Below are positions 1 through 9,795 of a DNA stretch of 64,000 nt, in pieces. This stretch comes from Nitrospirota bacterium (GTDB lineage: Bacteria; Nitrospirota; UBA9217). The stretch lies in assembly GCA_963740085.1 (NCBI GenBank), contig CAVUCU010000001.1, positions 224,001 through 288,000 of the forward strand. The letters run 5' to 3'. Position 1 is the first letter of the stretch; the number at the start of each line of letters is the position of its first letter. The translations under genes were made by a program, and so were the position numbers. A model generated the notes under the pieces. The model worked only from the letters and a program-made list of their open reading frames with translations. It had not been told where the DNA came from and did not search any database.

Positions 1-400
1 GCCTGTGCTGGAGGATTTTCTCGGCCTGATCCCCGTTGACGCGCCCTGCGCGTTCGAGTTCCGCAGCCCCTCGTGGCTCGAAGCCGGAATTCCGGACGTG
101 CTTCGTAAAAAGGGATGCAGCCTGTGCAACGCCGATACCGATGAGAATCCGGCGACTGAGATCATCAGTACGGCGCCATGGGGTTACTTGCGTCTTCGCC
201 GCTCAGAGTATACGGATGCAGACCTTTTACACTGGGCGGAGAGGATCCTTTCGCAAAAATGGGAAAAGGCCTTTGTTTTCTTTAAACACGAGGACAAAGG
301 ACCCGAGTGGGCTATGCGCTTACACGAGCTTGTCAATTTGAGATCGAATGAAAAGACGCTCAAGTCTGGAAGGATGCGGGGCGGAATTCCCACTGCCTGA
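1..400 (+). CDS. DUF72 (YecE-like) family protein, 5'-truncated by window edge
   Basis: Motifs AFEFRSPSW, YLRLRRSEY, FVFFKHED typical of the DUF72 C-terminal half. Confidence 0.8.
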   Translation, partial: PVLEDFLGLIPVDAPCAFEFRSPSWLEAGIPDVLRKKGCSLCNADTDENPATEIISTAPWGYLRLRRSEYTDADLLHWAERILSQKWEKAFVFFKHEDKGPEWAMRLHELVNLRSNEKTLKSGRMRGGIPTA

Positions 401-540
401 TCGCGGAGTCTCTACCAAGGATAGAATTTGCGGCAAATTATTGCTAAATATATTCAACATCGTTGTGAGCTCTGTTTGAACTTTCTGTGTGTGCGCTGTG
501 GTTAGATCTTGACTATGGTTCACCTCGGAGGAGAAAGATC

Positions 541-954
541 ATGAAGAACCGAAACGAGAACGGCCCTGCTTCTCGTGAAGTCTTGATTTACGACGGCACC
601 TGCCCGATCTGTTCAGGCACAGCGAAATGGATCCACCATAACGCCATGGATGGCTCGTTTGACATGATAACGTGCCAGTCGTTGCAGGAGGGAATGCAGT
701 ACCCGGACATCAAGCATGAAGCCTGCATGCAATCAATGCACCTCGTGCTTCCGGACGGAACAGTTCTTGCCGGCGAGAAGGCGCTTCCGGAGATCATCTC
801 GCGGCTGAGAAAGTACCGTTTTGCAGGCTTCTTGTTCAAACTGCCCGGTGCGGAGACGCTGTCGCGGATCGTGTACCGCTGGTTTGCAAAACGCAGATAC
901 CGGATCTCGGCAATAATGTCCCATCTTAACGGCGGCCGAAAGAACGAAGTGTAG
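541..954 (+). CDS. DCC1-like thiol-disulfide oxidoreductase (DUF393)
   Basis: LIYDGTCPIC N-terminal motif and YRWFAKRRY C-terminal motif; ATG 541 follows a GGAGGAG RBS. Confidence 0.85.
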   Translation: MKNRNENGPASREVLIYDGTCPICSGTAKWIHHNAMDGSFDMITCQSLQEGMQYPDIKHEACMQSMHLVLPDGTVLAGEKALPEIISRLRKYRFAGFLFKLPGAETLSRIVYRWFAKRRYRISAIMSHLNGGRKNEV

Positions 955-1009
955 GCGTCCTTCCTTCTGCCAGATCGACGCGGACTTTTATTTCAAAGAA
1001 GTTCCTGCT

Positions 1010-2212
1010 TCATCGAGAGAGTGTAAAATAAAATGCCGCCCCTTTGTTGACCCCTGCCTCCGCCCAGATGCGGCCCTTGTGATGATCGATGATCCGCTGG
1101 ACCGTGGCAAGACCGATTCCGATGCCCGGGAATTCTACCGCTGAGTGGAGTCGTTGGAACGGGGTGAACAGTTTATTCGCATATTTCATATCGAAGCCCG
1201 CGCCGTTATCTTTAACACAATAGACTGTTTCGCCGTTACTTTGTGCGGCATTGAACTCGATTTTTGCAAAAGGCTGGTTTGCACTGAATTTCCATGCGTT
1301 GCCGATCAGGTTGTCCATCACGATCTTGAGCATCACCGGGTCTCCATCGGCATACACTTCTTCTGCGATCACAAACTCCACCCGGCGTTCGGGCTGGGCC
1401 ATTGCAAGCTCAGCCGCCGCAGTCTTTGCCAGTGTGCTCAGATAGACTTTCGAGCGATACAATGGGGTTCCCGTGAAGCGCGACAGACCGAGCAAGGCGT
1501 TGATGAGTTCGATCATTCTCGTTGAACCGGCTTGCACGCGGCGGATATAATCCCTGCCTATTTCATCCAGTTGTTCGGTATAATCTTCGGACAGTATGCG
1601 GATGAACCCGTCAATGGACCGCAGGGGCGCCCTGAGATCATGAGACACCGAGTAGGCAAACTGCTCCAGTGCCTTGTTGGAGCGCTCAAGTTCGGCCTTT
1701 GTCTCAAGCAACCTCCGCTCCGATTCCTTGCGGTCGGATACATCGCGGACCACGGCCAGCACAACGATGTCATCTTTCATCTGCAGAGGTCCGAGGGATA
1801 TATCCACGGGAAACTCGACTCCATCTTTTCTCCTCCCGTATAACTCCATCCCGGTGCCCATCGGACGGACGTGCGGATTCGACATAAACCCCCGGCGATG
1901 TTCTCGATGTTTATCCTTAAAGCGTTCCGGCAGGAGGATCTCAAGTCCTTCATTCAGTAATTCTTCATGGCTATAACCAAATAATCGCCCAACCTGCTTG
2001 TTGGACTGAACTATGCTGCCGTTGCGATCGACAACAACAATTGCATCGGGAGCGAATTCGAAAAGTCCCTCGAACATCGCCTTGGTTTTCGCCAGTTCCT
2101 CCACGAACGTTTCTTGATCCTCGACTGTTTTTTCCAGTTCATTGATCTTCTGCTGCAATATGATCAGGTCATTGATGAGCTGTTCTTTTGTCAGGTCGTC
2201 CAGGGTCTTCAT
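1010..2212 (-). CDS. Cytoplasmic PAS-domain sensor histidine kinase
   Basis: PAS region (APDAIVVVD..GRRKDG.EFPVDISL), H-box SVSHDLRAPLR, N/G boxes NLIGNAWKF, DNGAGF, GIGIGL. Confidence 0.9.
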   Translation of the reverse strand: MKTLDDLTKEQLINDLIILQQKINELEKTVEDQETFVEELAKTKAMFEGLFEFAPDAIVVVDRNGSIVQSNKQVGRLFGYSHEELLNEGLEILLPERFKDKHREHRRGFMSNPHVRPMGTGMELYGRRKDGVEFPVDISLGPLQMKDDIVVLAVVRDVSDRKESERRLLETKAELERSNKALEQFAYSVSHDLRAPLRSIDGFIRILSEDYTEQLDEIGRDYIRRVQAGSTRMIELINALLGLSRFTGTPLYRSKVYLSTLAKTAAAELAMAQPERRVEFVIAEEVYADGDPVMLKIVMDNLIGNAWKFSANQPFAKIEFNAAQSNGETVYCVKDNGAGFDMKYANKLFTPFQRLHSAVEFPGIGIGLATVQRIIDHHKGRIWAEAGVNKGAAFYFTLSR

Positions 2213-2331
2213 AATTCTCCATATAAAAATTGTTTGAGAGATCCTCATATTTCCTCAGCGGAGCGCAGTTGCCTGCTTTTAAAAGAGTGGACAAGGCCAA
2301 AGGGCCGCATATATTTAAGGATCGAATAATT

Positions 2332-3633
2332 TCATCTCGAAATCCCTGCATCAACCTCTCCAGGGCCCCTCTCCTCATATACCTGAGGTTTCCCGGACAA
2401 GAATCCTGACAAAAATAACGCCAACACGGTGTATGTCAGGAACAGGTAATATCCCGGTTGAAGGGAGGTGCCGTTCGTAGTTATCATCACCATTTCCTGG
2501 GCTGCTGACTTTAGTTGATCGAACTGGCTGGTAATGATCCCGTTAAACCCGATATAAGCCATGAATATGGCAACTACCATAACATCGGCCATGGACCATT
2601 TCCCGGATTTCAACACAAAGAACCTGATCACCGGCCTCTGCCTCGCATTGTGATAATTGTAATAATATCCCAGAGACGATACGGTTTTTAACAGGGGGAA
2701 AAAAACACTGAAGGTGATCAGCAGGACCCCCACAAATTTCATTTGGAGATCCTTATGCGTTATCATGATCCTGAATACATCCAGAATGCTTTTGCTTTGG
2801 AAATATAACACCTGGTTCTCGAAATAGATGGGATGCCCCATCAACGCAATGCTCATTCGCGAGATCCTGGCATCCATATCGATCATGGGCGTGGTTACGC
2901 CGGCTATCAGCAAAATAATAAGAGCCTGAACGAGGAGGATAAAGCTGGAGGGGGCCAACGGTTTCTTGCTGAAACCGGAAAAGGCAAAAAGGATAACTGA
3001 TAGAATGATCAGCAGTACGGCCTCTTTGGTGACCAGGGCTTGCTTGACCGAGACGGCCTCATTGAGCTTGATCCTCGCGCCTTCGATATCCTTGGAATCC
3101 GTCCGGGCGAGGATGCGGTTTATTCGAGACATATCCTGCGTATCGAAGGTTTCGTTAAAATATTGTTCAAGCTGTTTGTTCAGCATGGTCTTTATCTGAG
3201 CCTTTGTTTTGGCTTTCGTCATCTCATGAATGATGGCATCGGCATATTCAGGAATGCCTTTTTTTATATCTTCCGGGCTCACAAAAAGATCTAAAAACTT
3301 TTGCTTGACCCAGCCCTCCGCCGTGCCCGAGTTCTCTTCTTTGATATTCTTGTAGACCTTATCAATAAGCGTATTCAGCAGAGCTTCAATATGCTTTCGG
3401 AGCTCCCGCTCATTCTCTTTTGACACGTACAGCTTATTGATCTCCTCTGAAAGGATTACGGTAACCTGCCGCTTCCATTGATCGACGCTGAACAGACCGT
3501 ACTTGATATGATTGAGTTCCGCATAATCGATTTTGTTCTTTTGGTTGGAAATTGAATTAAGAATAATTTGTTGGCATAAAATAACGGATGCTACGATGAT
3601 TATTAAGGATAAGATCAACTTGAGCAATTTCAT
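2332..3633 (-). CDS. Paraquat-inducible protein A (PqiA) domain membrane protein with N-terminal extension
   Basis: GKWSMADVMVVA motif and several TM segments in the C-terminal half. Confidence 0.75.
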   Translation of the reverse strand: MKLLKLILSLIIIVASVILCQQIILNSISNQKNKIDYAELNHIKYGLFSVDQWKRQVTVILSEEINKLYVSKENERELRKHIEALLNTLIDKVYKNIKEENSGTAEGWVKQKFLDLFVSPEDIKKGIPEYADAIIHEMTKAKTKAQIKTMLNKQLEQYFNETFDTQDMSRINRILARTDSKDIEGARIKLNEAVSVKQALVTKEAVLLIILSVILFAFSGFSKKPLAPSSFILLVQALIILLIAGVTTPMIDMDARISRMSIALMGHPIYFENQVLYFQSKSILDVFRIMITHKDLQMKFVGVLLITFSVFFPLLKTVSSLGYYYNYHNARQRPVIRFFVLKSGKWSMADVMVVAIFMAYIGFNGIITSQFDQLKSAAQEMVMITTNGTSLQPGYYLFLTYTVLALFLSGFLSGKPQVYEERGPGEVDAGISR

Positions 3634-3755
3634 TATATAGTGACCTTCGTCATCGCAAACAGCGTGGGTGTTTGGAGCTCACTGCTTAGTCTCTGTATTT
3701 AGCGTTAGAGGCAGAATGTTCGGTGAGAACCGGCGTCCAAGGATACTGCGGTGAT

Positions 3756-4070
3756 TTAATCTACTTCCTGGAGTACTTTGACGGTGACACTCTCGACCAT
3801 GTTCTTTACCTTTTCCCGGTAATCGGCCATATGAGGCGAACCGAGATGCGCATGAAGCGTTCCCAGGCTCGCCCACTTCTCAAAAATAGTGACCACATCT
3901 TTATCGAAAACCTGCGGCGGCAGTTTTGCGTCAATATCCACCATCGGGATATATTCGATACATCCCTCTTCTTTTCTCACTGAGGGAACATTTGCTTTAA
4001 GAACCGCAAGATAATCGGCGAGCGATCCCGTCTTCACACTAATCGAGGCAATCACGTTGACCACAGCCAT
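3756..4070 (-). CDS. Putative quinol monooxygenase (ABM domain)
   Basis: VRKEEGCIEY..FEKWAS..LHAHL.SPHM pattern; GAGGAGG RBS. Confidence 0.85.
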   Translation of the reverse strand: MAVVNVIASISVKTGSLADYLAVLKANVPSVRKEEGCIEYIPMVDIDAKLPPQVFDKDVVTIFEKWASLGTLHAHLGSPHMADYREKVKNMVESVTVKVLQEVD

Positions 4071-4188
4071 CTCCCTCCTCAACGTTGTTGACGGGCAACT
4101 GGAGCGGCGCGAAGCACCTTGGATCCTCTTTCACGATAGAGCCGGCTTCATAAACGCCTGCTGAGAAGAAATGCCCCCTTTCAGTCCG

Positions 4189-6261
4189 TTACCACGATCT
4201 TCCAGAGTGAAGCTCATGACAGGTCCCTGTGCAGGTACCGTGCCCTGTCCCGTCGCGGGTAAAGTTCATTGTGTTGCCCGGATCGGTAAACTGAATGACG
4301 ACATTGGCATCGCCATGGGCGGTTCTGTTGCTCGGGCCATGACTGGTATTTCCCGTGCCATTGGATCCGTGACAGAGAGAACAGGTAAAGCTGCTATGGG
4401 TGCTATGCGTTCCGGCTACATCCGGGAATGCAGTACCGCTTGGCCTCCCGCCGGTGCTGGCGGACCCGTGGCACGATCCGCAACTGTTGCCGGGACTGGC
4501 CTTGGTGTGGCATCCGCGGCAATCTGGCGGCGTTCCAGTGGCAACAGGATACGTCCCCACGACGCTTCCATTCGCATGGCAACTGCTGGTTACGCAGCCG
4601 GAGAACGGCGCTACTCCCGCTGCCGATAAATGGGCGGAACCGGGGAACGGGAAGGTATGGCCTGAGACGTCGATCACCCCGTTCACGTGCTTCGTGGGAT
4701 CGTCGAAACCGGTATTAGTTGCATTGACGTGCGTGTGACATGTTTTACAGGTTGTGCTCGACGTAAAACCGGTATGAGCGGCATTGGCCGGAGGAAAACC
4801 ATGACACGTCCCGCAACCGGCTGCCGCCAGATAAGTTGTCTGGCTCCAGATAGGCGACTTGTTGGTGCCGCCGACAAGGGTCGCGCCATGACAGTAGACA
4901 TTGGTGCACTGTAAGGTCGTTTCATCGAATGCGGGACTTGCCCCGCCGGTTTGCGCTAATGCACCGAACACGATGGCCCCTGCCTGCCTGCTTGTGGTGT
5001 GGTTCCTGGCGCGGAGAAAATGGTCGAGGGTGACCGAGCCGAGCCCGTTGTGGCAAGCACTGCAGGTGTCGGCCACATTGAGGCCTGCGTGGCCCGGATG
5101 AGCAAGGGCGATATTAGGATAGATAGTCCCGCTGGGGCTCGCGCTGTGGCAGGAAGAGCAGTTTTTCAAGGTGGTCGGGAGACCGCTCTGGTGGCAGAAC
5201 GTGCAGCCCGTGGCGCCGTTTGCTGCTCCGACGCCATCCAGGTTCGCGCCGTGGCAGCGGTTGCAGGCATCGAAACCGGAGGGGCTGGCCTTGCAGTGGA
5301 GATACCACGGGGTTCCGATGGGATTGATCGGCGTTATCGCGCCGAATGCGGCGGGGATCTGAAGGACCCGCGGATGGGCCGCAAGCGGGGCATGGCATAC
5401 CTCACACCCTGTGTTGCCGAGGGTTGCATCGACGAGATTTCCGAGCTGGACATTGAATCGCGGGTTGCTCCCCGGCCCTCCGAAACTATTGTCGGCATGG
5501 CACTGCTGGCAATACGTCAGATTTGATTTTGCCACCGCGCCGTGGTTGCTCGGCTGCGCCCAGCCGGCCGGATGCCCCAACGGTCCATGACAAAGAGTGC
5601 TGTTGAAACAGCCCGGGTTACCCGTTTGGTACGTGGTGATGATCGGAGTTCTCAGGTTGGCCCCGCGACTGTGGCAGCGGGCGCAGGCCGCGGCGTTCGA
5701 CCCGGCTGCATCGTCAACGGTATCGGTATGGGTCGGCGCGGGATACGTCCGCCAGGGAAGCGGCGAATGAGGCGCCCCCACCGGTGCGCCGTTCGTCACA
5801 TGGCAGGGGCCTGTGGCCCTGCCCGCGGTAAAGCAGCTCACGTTGGCAACACCGCCGTTGAAATCGTCGCCGTGACAGAGCTGGCAACTGGAGAAACCGC
5901 TGTCTGCCCCGGGCTGCGATTTGGCGACAGAGCCGTGAAAGTTCGGGGCGGGGGTGGCCGGGTCTCGCCACCCTGCCGGGTGCCCGATAGGTCCGGTATC
6001 ATGACATGCCTGTCCGTTGAACTGAGGGCTAAAACAGCTGACCTTGGAGATACCTCCCTTCAGGTCGCTGCCGTGGCACTCATAGCACTGGCTATGATTG
6101 CTTACATAAGACACTCGGTGATACACGATCCAATTGGCGACGTGCTTCCCGGATTCGCTCAGGACCGGAGTATTGCTGTTGGCCTTGCTGCTGCACCCCC
6201 AAGCCATGCCTACTAAAGCGATCAACGCAACAACTTTAGAGAAAACGTTCAATATGCGCAT
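4189..6261 (-). CDS. Multiheme c-type cytochrome lipoprotein (CxxCH and CxxxxCH type)
   Basis: Signal peptide ending AWGC; 14 CxxCH plus 6 longer-spaced CXnCH motifs counted in the translation. Confidence 0.9.
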   Translation of the reverse strand: MRILNVFSKVVALIALVGMAWGCSSKANSNTPVLSESGKHVANWIVYHRVSYVSNHSQCYECHGSDLKGGISKVSCFSPQFNGQACHDTGPIGHPAGWRDPATPAPNFHGSVAKSQPGADSGFSSCQLCHGDDFNGGVANVSCFTAGRATGPCHVTNGAPVGAPHSPLPWRTYPAPTHTDTVDDAAGSNAAACARCHSRGANLRTPIITTYQTGNPGCFNSTLCHGPLGHPAGWAQPSNHGAVAKSNLTYCQQCHADNSFGGPGSNPRFNVQLGNLVDATLGNTGCEVCHAPLAAHPRVLQIPAAFGAITPINPIGTPWYLHCKASPSGFDACNRCHGANLDGVGAANGATGCTFCHQSGLPTTLKNCSSCHSASPSGTIYPNIALAHPGHAGLNVADTCSACHNGLGSVTLDHFLRARNHTTSRQAGAIVFGALAQTGGASPAFDETTLQCTNVYCHGATLVGGTNKSPIWSQTTYLAAAGCGTCHGFPPANAAHTGFTSSTTCKTCHTHVNATNTGFDDPTKHVNGVIDVSGHTFPFPGSAHLSAAGVAPFSGCVTSSCHANGSVVGTYPVATGTPPDCRGCHTKASPGNSCGSCHGSASTGGRPSGTAFPDVAGTHSTHSSFTCSLCHGSNGTGNTSHGPSNRTAHGDANVVIQFTDPGNTMNFTRDGTGHGTCTGTCHELHSGRSW

Positions 6262-6382
6262 GACTATCTCTCCCTTATTTTTGGTATCAAAATCGATGCA
6301 GCTCGTCGTTCCTGAATCGTATGTGGTTAGGATACCTCGTTTTCGGGTCAATTTCTCAAAAAAAACGCCATTCTTAATAAAG

Positions 6383-6399
6383 CTGCAAACAAAGTACCA
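6383..6399 (-). promoter_or_regulatory. Sigma-54 (-24/-12) promoter of the multiheme cytochrome
   Basis: Minus strand reads TGGTAC-TTTGT-TTGCAG with GG and GC 12 nt apart; AT-rich tract just upstream. Confidence 0.6.
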
Positions 6400-6577
6400 T
6401 AGTTATATATTAAAATACATATTAATTACCAATTGGTTAGACGCTGCGATGTTAGATCGGGCCGGACATCCTCTTCAAATTGGGCCGGTCATTTTAAGCA
6501 ATGTTTCCAAAATTGATCGGCAGGCATAATAAGAACTGTTCGCGTGTGAGACAGGAAACTCAACTAAAAAACATTAT

Positions 6578-7585
6578 CTATTGTGATCGAACAGTTTCAA
6601 TCGCCCGCTTTGCCCAGTTGCTGTCTTGAAGGACGGCTCTTCCCACGCCGATCAGGTCTGCTTTATTCTCGGCCAGAAGTTTCTCGGCAGCTTCTATTTC
6701 AGTGATCCCTCCGGTAAGGATAACGGGAATGGAGACAACGCTTTTGATCGCCTCGCTGAGAGGGGCAAAATAACCCTGTCCGGTAAGGCCGGGGGGGGTG
6801 TAACCGACAAACCCTCCGGAGATATGAATGATATCCACACCTGACTTTTCGAATGCCCGGGAGGCAGACTGGCTGTGTTCAATTGTCGTTCCGCCTTCAG
6901 TATAATCCGAAGCCCCTAACCTCACCTGGACGGGAAAATCCGGACCTACTTCTGAACGCACCGCCTCAATGACCTGCAGATGAATACGAATGCGGTTGGC
7001 GATATCCCCTCCGTATTCATCCATCCGCTTGTTCGTCAGGGGGGACAAGAACTGATTGAGAAGGTAACCATGTGCGGAATGGACCTCGACGGCATCAAAT
7101 CCGGCTTCCTTGACCCTGCGCGCGGCGTTTTTAAAGGCAAGGACAACTTCACGTATCTCTGTCCGCGACATCTCACGCGGCATGTCACCGCGCCTCGGGT
7201 TCGCTACTGCTGAAGGAGCAAGGGGTGTCGTTCCCGTGACCTCTTTTTGCGCCGCACTTCCGGCGTGATTGATCTGCATCGCCGCCCTTGAACCGTTCCG
7301 GTGAATGACATCCGCTAATTTCCGAAGGCCGGGGATGACGGTGTCATCGGAAACGGAAAGCTGGTTCTCGCTTGCCTTCCCTTCCGGGACTATGTAGCTG
7401 TGCTCGATGATGATCAATGAAAGATAACCGCCGCGCGATTTTTCGGCATAGTAATCGAGAAGCGCCTGGCTTACTTTTCCATCGGGCCCGGCCTTTGCGG
7501 TTGCCATCGGCGGCATGACCAGTCGATTGGCCATGGTCATCGACCGCACTTTGAGCGGCTTGAGGAGATATGACATAGAGATCAC
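6578..7585 (-). CDS. NADH:flavin oxidoreductase (Old Yellow Enzyme family)
   Basis: NRLVMPPM, QINHAG, AGFDAVEVHSAHGYLLNQFLSP, DEYGG motifs. Confidence 0.92.
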   Translation of the reverse strand: MISMSYLLKPLKVRSMTMANRLVMPPMATAKAGPDGKVSQALLDYYAEKSRGGYLSLIIIEHSYIVPEGKASENQLSVSDDTVIPGLRKLADVIHRNGSRAAMQINHAGSAAQKEVTGTTPLAPSAVANPRRGDMPREMSRTEIREVVLAFKNAARRVKEAGFDAVEVHSAHGYLLNQFLSPLTNKRMDEYGGDIANRIRIHLQVIEAVRSEVGPDFPVQVRLGASDYTEGGTTIEHSQSASRAFEKSGVDIIHISGGFVGYTPPGLTGQGYFAPLSEAIKSVVSIPVILTGGITEIEAAEKLLAENKADLIGVGRAVLQDSNWAKRAIETVRSQ

Positions 7586-7917
7586 TCACTCGTTTTTATG
7601 CAGGATTTAAACTTCCCATCCGGATAAAAGCTTATTGGATCGAATTCTTTACAATCTTGACCGCCTATTTTGGATGACCTGGCAAGATCGCACTTTTCAA
7701 GCTGGCCATCGGCGTAGAAGCTGATCGAGCGCTCCCCTTCGCAGGTGATCTGATTTGAATCAAAATCGTCTTTCAGCACGCACGACATAAGTGAACCATT
7801 TGGATAAAGAACTACCCTTGATCCCGATTCGCAGATTGATTGGTCGTTCGCGTACGCCTGGATCACCCCGAATACCATAAACATCAAGATACTAAATGCA
7901 AATTTGAACATGCCCAT
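7582..7917 (-). CDS. Small exported protein with three (L/F)Y(P/A)(N/D)G..C repeats
   Basis: Signal peptide (..IQAYA); repeats LYPNGSLMSC, FYADGQLEKC, FYPDGKFKSC. Confidence 0.65.
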   Translation of the reverse strand: MGMFKFAFSILMFMVFGVIQAYANDQSICESGSRVVLYPNGSLMSCVLKDDFDSNQITCEGERSISFYADGQLEKCDLARSSKIGGQDCKEFDPISFYPDGKFKSCIKTSE

Positions 7918-8005
7918 ATGCTTTCCCCCATTAATGATGGCTCTTAATCTCCGTATCTTGCCTTATCGCTCTCTCTTTTAAAAATGAAAGATTGATTCGA
8001 GATCT

Positions 8006-8143
8006 TTAGTGAGCCAGTCCGATAATGCCGATCAGGATGAGATAGATGGCGACGATATAATTTAAAATTTTCGGCATGAAGAGAATCAGTATCCCGGCAA
8101 TTAAGGCCGCAATGGGTTGTAAAGGATATACGCTAATGGACAT
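8006..8143 (-). CDS. Small membrane protein, DUF3096-like (45 aa; below ORF-track cutoff)
   Basis: MSISVYPLQPIAALIAGILILFMPKILNYIVAIYLILIGIIGLAH with GGAGGTGA RBS. Confidence 0.8.
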   Translation of the reverse strand: MSISVYPLQPIAALIAGILILFMPKILNYIVAIYLILIGIIGLAH

Positions 8144-8277
8144 ACGAGTCTCACCTCCGTTTGTTCTCGATCAAAATGTCGGGAAAGCCATCCCTTTGAA
8201 GCAGTCTTCGCCAGGTCTGACGGTTTGACAACCCTCATTTCCCGTCACCTGTCCCTCCTGAAAACCCATCGTGATCT

Positions 8278-8472
8278 TTATTTTTCACCACTTACTTTTT
8301 TAGCGCCCAGACACTGAGGACAGACGCTTTTCCCTGTTCCGTGACAATTCGGACAGGGCCTTTGAGACGCATTGGCACTGTGCTGTCTTCCCTGCCCGTG
8401 GCAGACTGGACAGGTTATGAAACCCTTGGCGCTGCATTCCGGGCACGGAATTGTTGCCATTTTATTTGTCAT
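8278..8472 (-). CDS. Stand-alone DnaJ-type zinc-finger protein
   Basis: Four CxxCxGxG-like motifs in 64 aa; no signal peptide. Confidence 0.7.
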   Translation of the reverse strand: MTNKMATIPCPECSAKGFITCPVCHGQGRQHSANASQRPCPNCHGTGKSVCPQCLGAKKVSGEK

Positions 8473-8548
8473 CTGTTACCCCCTGTTCTGATAAGGCGTC
8501 GGAATCGTCCGCTCAAAAAATGATCCTCTCCTCTCCTCTCCCCTCGCC

Positions 8549-9523
8549 TCACCCCACCACCTTCAGCACGATCTTGCCTGTGGACTTCCTCCCCTCGAGC
8601 AGCCGATGGGCCTGGGCGGCATCGGCAAGCGGCAGGACCGTGTCCACCTTGAGCTTGAGCCAGCCTTCCCTGATCCCCGTGAACACTGCACTTGACCGCA
8701 TCTTTACGTCCGGCCCGTTCGCGGCGAAGTGTACAAGGCTTCCTCCGGACAGGTTGATCGATTTCTGCATGAGCGAGTTCGGTACGATGGGGTCGGCGGG
8801 CCCGCTCGCCGCTCCGTAGATGACGATCTGGCCATGGGTCGCCACAGATTCCAGGTCGCCTGCAAAGGTGCTTTTGCCCACGCCGTCCAGGATGAGCGGG
8901 ACGCCGCGCCCTTCAGTGATCTTGCTGATCTCGGCAACGAAATCCTGACTGTTGTATAGGATCACGTGATCAGCGCCCGCTGCCCTGGCCACCTGCGCCT
9001 TTTCCTCCGTAGAGACCGTACCGATGACCGTGGCGCCCAAGTGCCTTGCCCACTGTACCAGAAGCCGCCCAACACCGCCAGCCGCCGCATGTACCAGCAC
9101 CGTGTCTCCCTTCCCCGGTTTGCGGTACTCATGGATAAGGTAATGCGCCGTCATCCCCTGAAGCGGGACCCCCGCTGCCTCGGTGAATGGGAGGTCCGCA
9201 GGGAGCTGGATCAGCCTCCATTGGTCGACAACGTTGTATTCGCTATAGCTCCCGAGCTTTCCGGTATATGCCACCCGGTCGCCTGGGCGGAAACCGGCCA
9301 CGTCCCTGCCCACTTCCTCCACCACACCCGCTGCCTCCAGCCCCGGGATGAAGGGCAGCTTCTGGGGATAGTAGCCCCGCCGGTGATAGATGTCCACGAA
9401 GTTGACTCCCGCGACGTGGATCCTGACGAGGACCTGACCCGCGGCAGGTTTTGGCGCGAGTTCCGATTCCGATAATCTCAGCACATCGGCGTCGCCGTAA
9501 GATGTTACCTTGATCGCTTTCAT
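8549..9523 (-). CDS. qor: NADPH:quinone oxidoreductase (zeta-crystallin/MDR family)
   Basis: AGVNFVD, PGLEAAG, HAAAGGVG, STGKIVL motifs; start MKAIKV after RBS. Confidence 0.88.
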   Translation of the reverse strand: MKAIKVTSYGDADVLRLSESELAPKPAAGQVLVRIHVAGVNFVDIYHRRGYYPQKLPFIPGLEAAGVVEEVGRDVAGFRPGDRVAYTGKLGSYSEYNVVDQWRLIQLPADLPFTEAAGVPLQGMTAHYLIHEYRKPGKGDTVLVHAAAGGVGRLLVQWARHLGATVIGTVSTEEKAQVARAAGADHVILYNSQDFVAEISKITEGRGVPLILDGVGKSTFAGDLESVATHGQIVIYGAASGPADPIVPNSLMQKSINLSGGSLVHFAANGPDVKMRSSAVFTGIREGWLKLKVDTVLPLADAAQAHRLLEGRKSTGKIVLKVVG

Positions 9524-9690
9524 GATCGCATCCCCTCCCTTGTCACGCATCTGCAGCATTATTCTCCTGAAGAGAATGCGGCGGATATTTGCCTGATAAA
9601 AGCATAGCACATTTTTTATGGGCTGGAGACAAGCTTCAAGGAAATATCGTCGAATAGAGTATGCGCAGAAGGTATGGGGCTGAGAAACAG

Positions 9691-9736
9691 TTTTGCGTTT
9701 TGCGTTTTGCGTTTTGCATTTTGCGTTTTGCGTTTT
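9691..9736. repeat. Heptamer tandem repeat (TTTTGCG) x6
   Basis: Read directly; one copy is TTTTGCA. Confidence 0.9.
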
Positions 9737-9795
9737 AGTTTGACGCATTTCCCGGCATCCCCGGCTGCAGAATCTGCTAAACTCTGCAAGAACTG

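Noticed and set aside
8278-8472. Diheme cytochrome c (CPVCH, CPNCH)
   Set aside because: No signal peptide; the motifs fit DnaJ-type CxxCxGxG zinc-finger repeats
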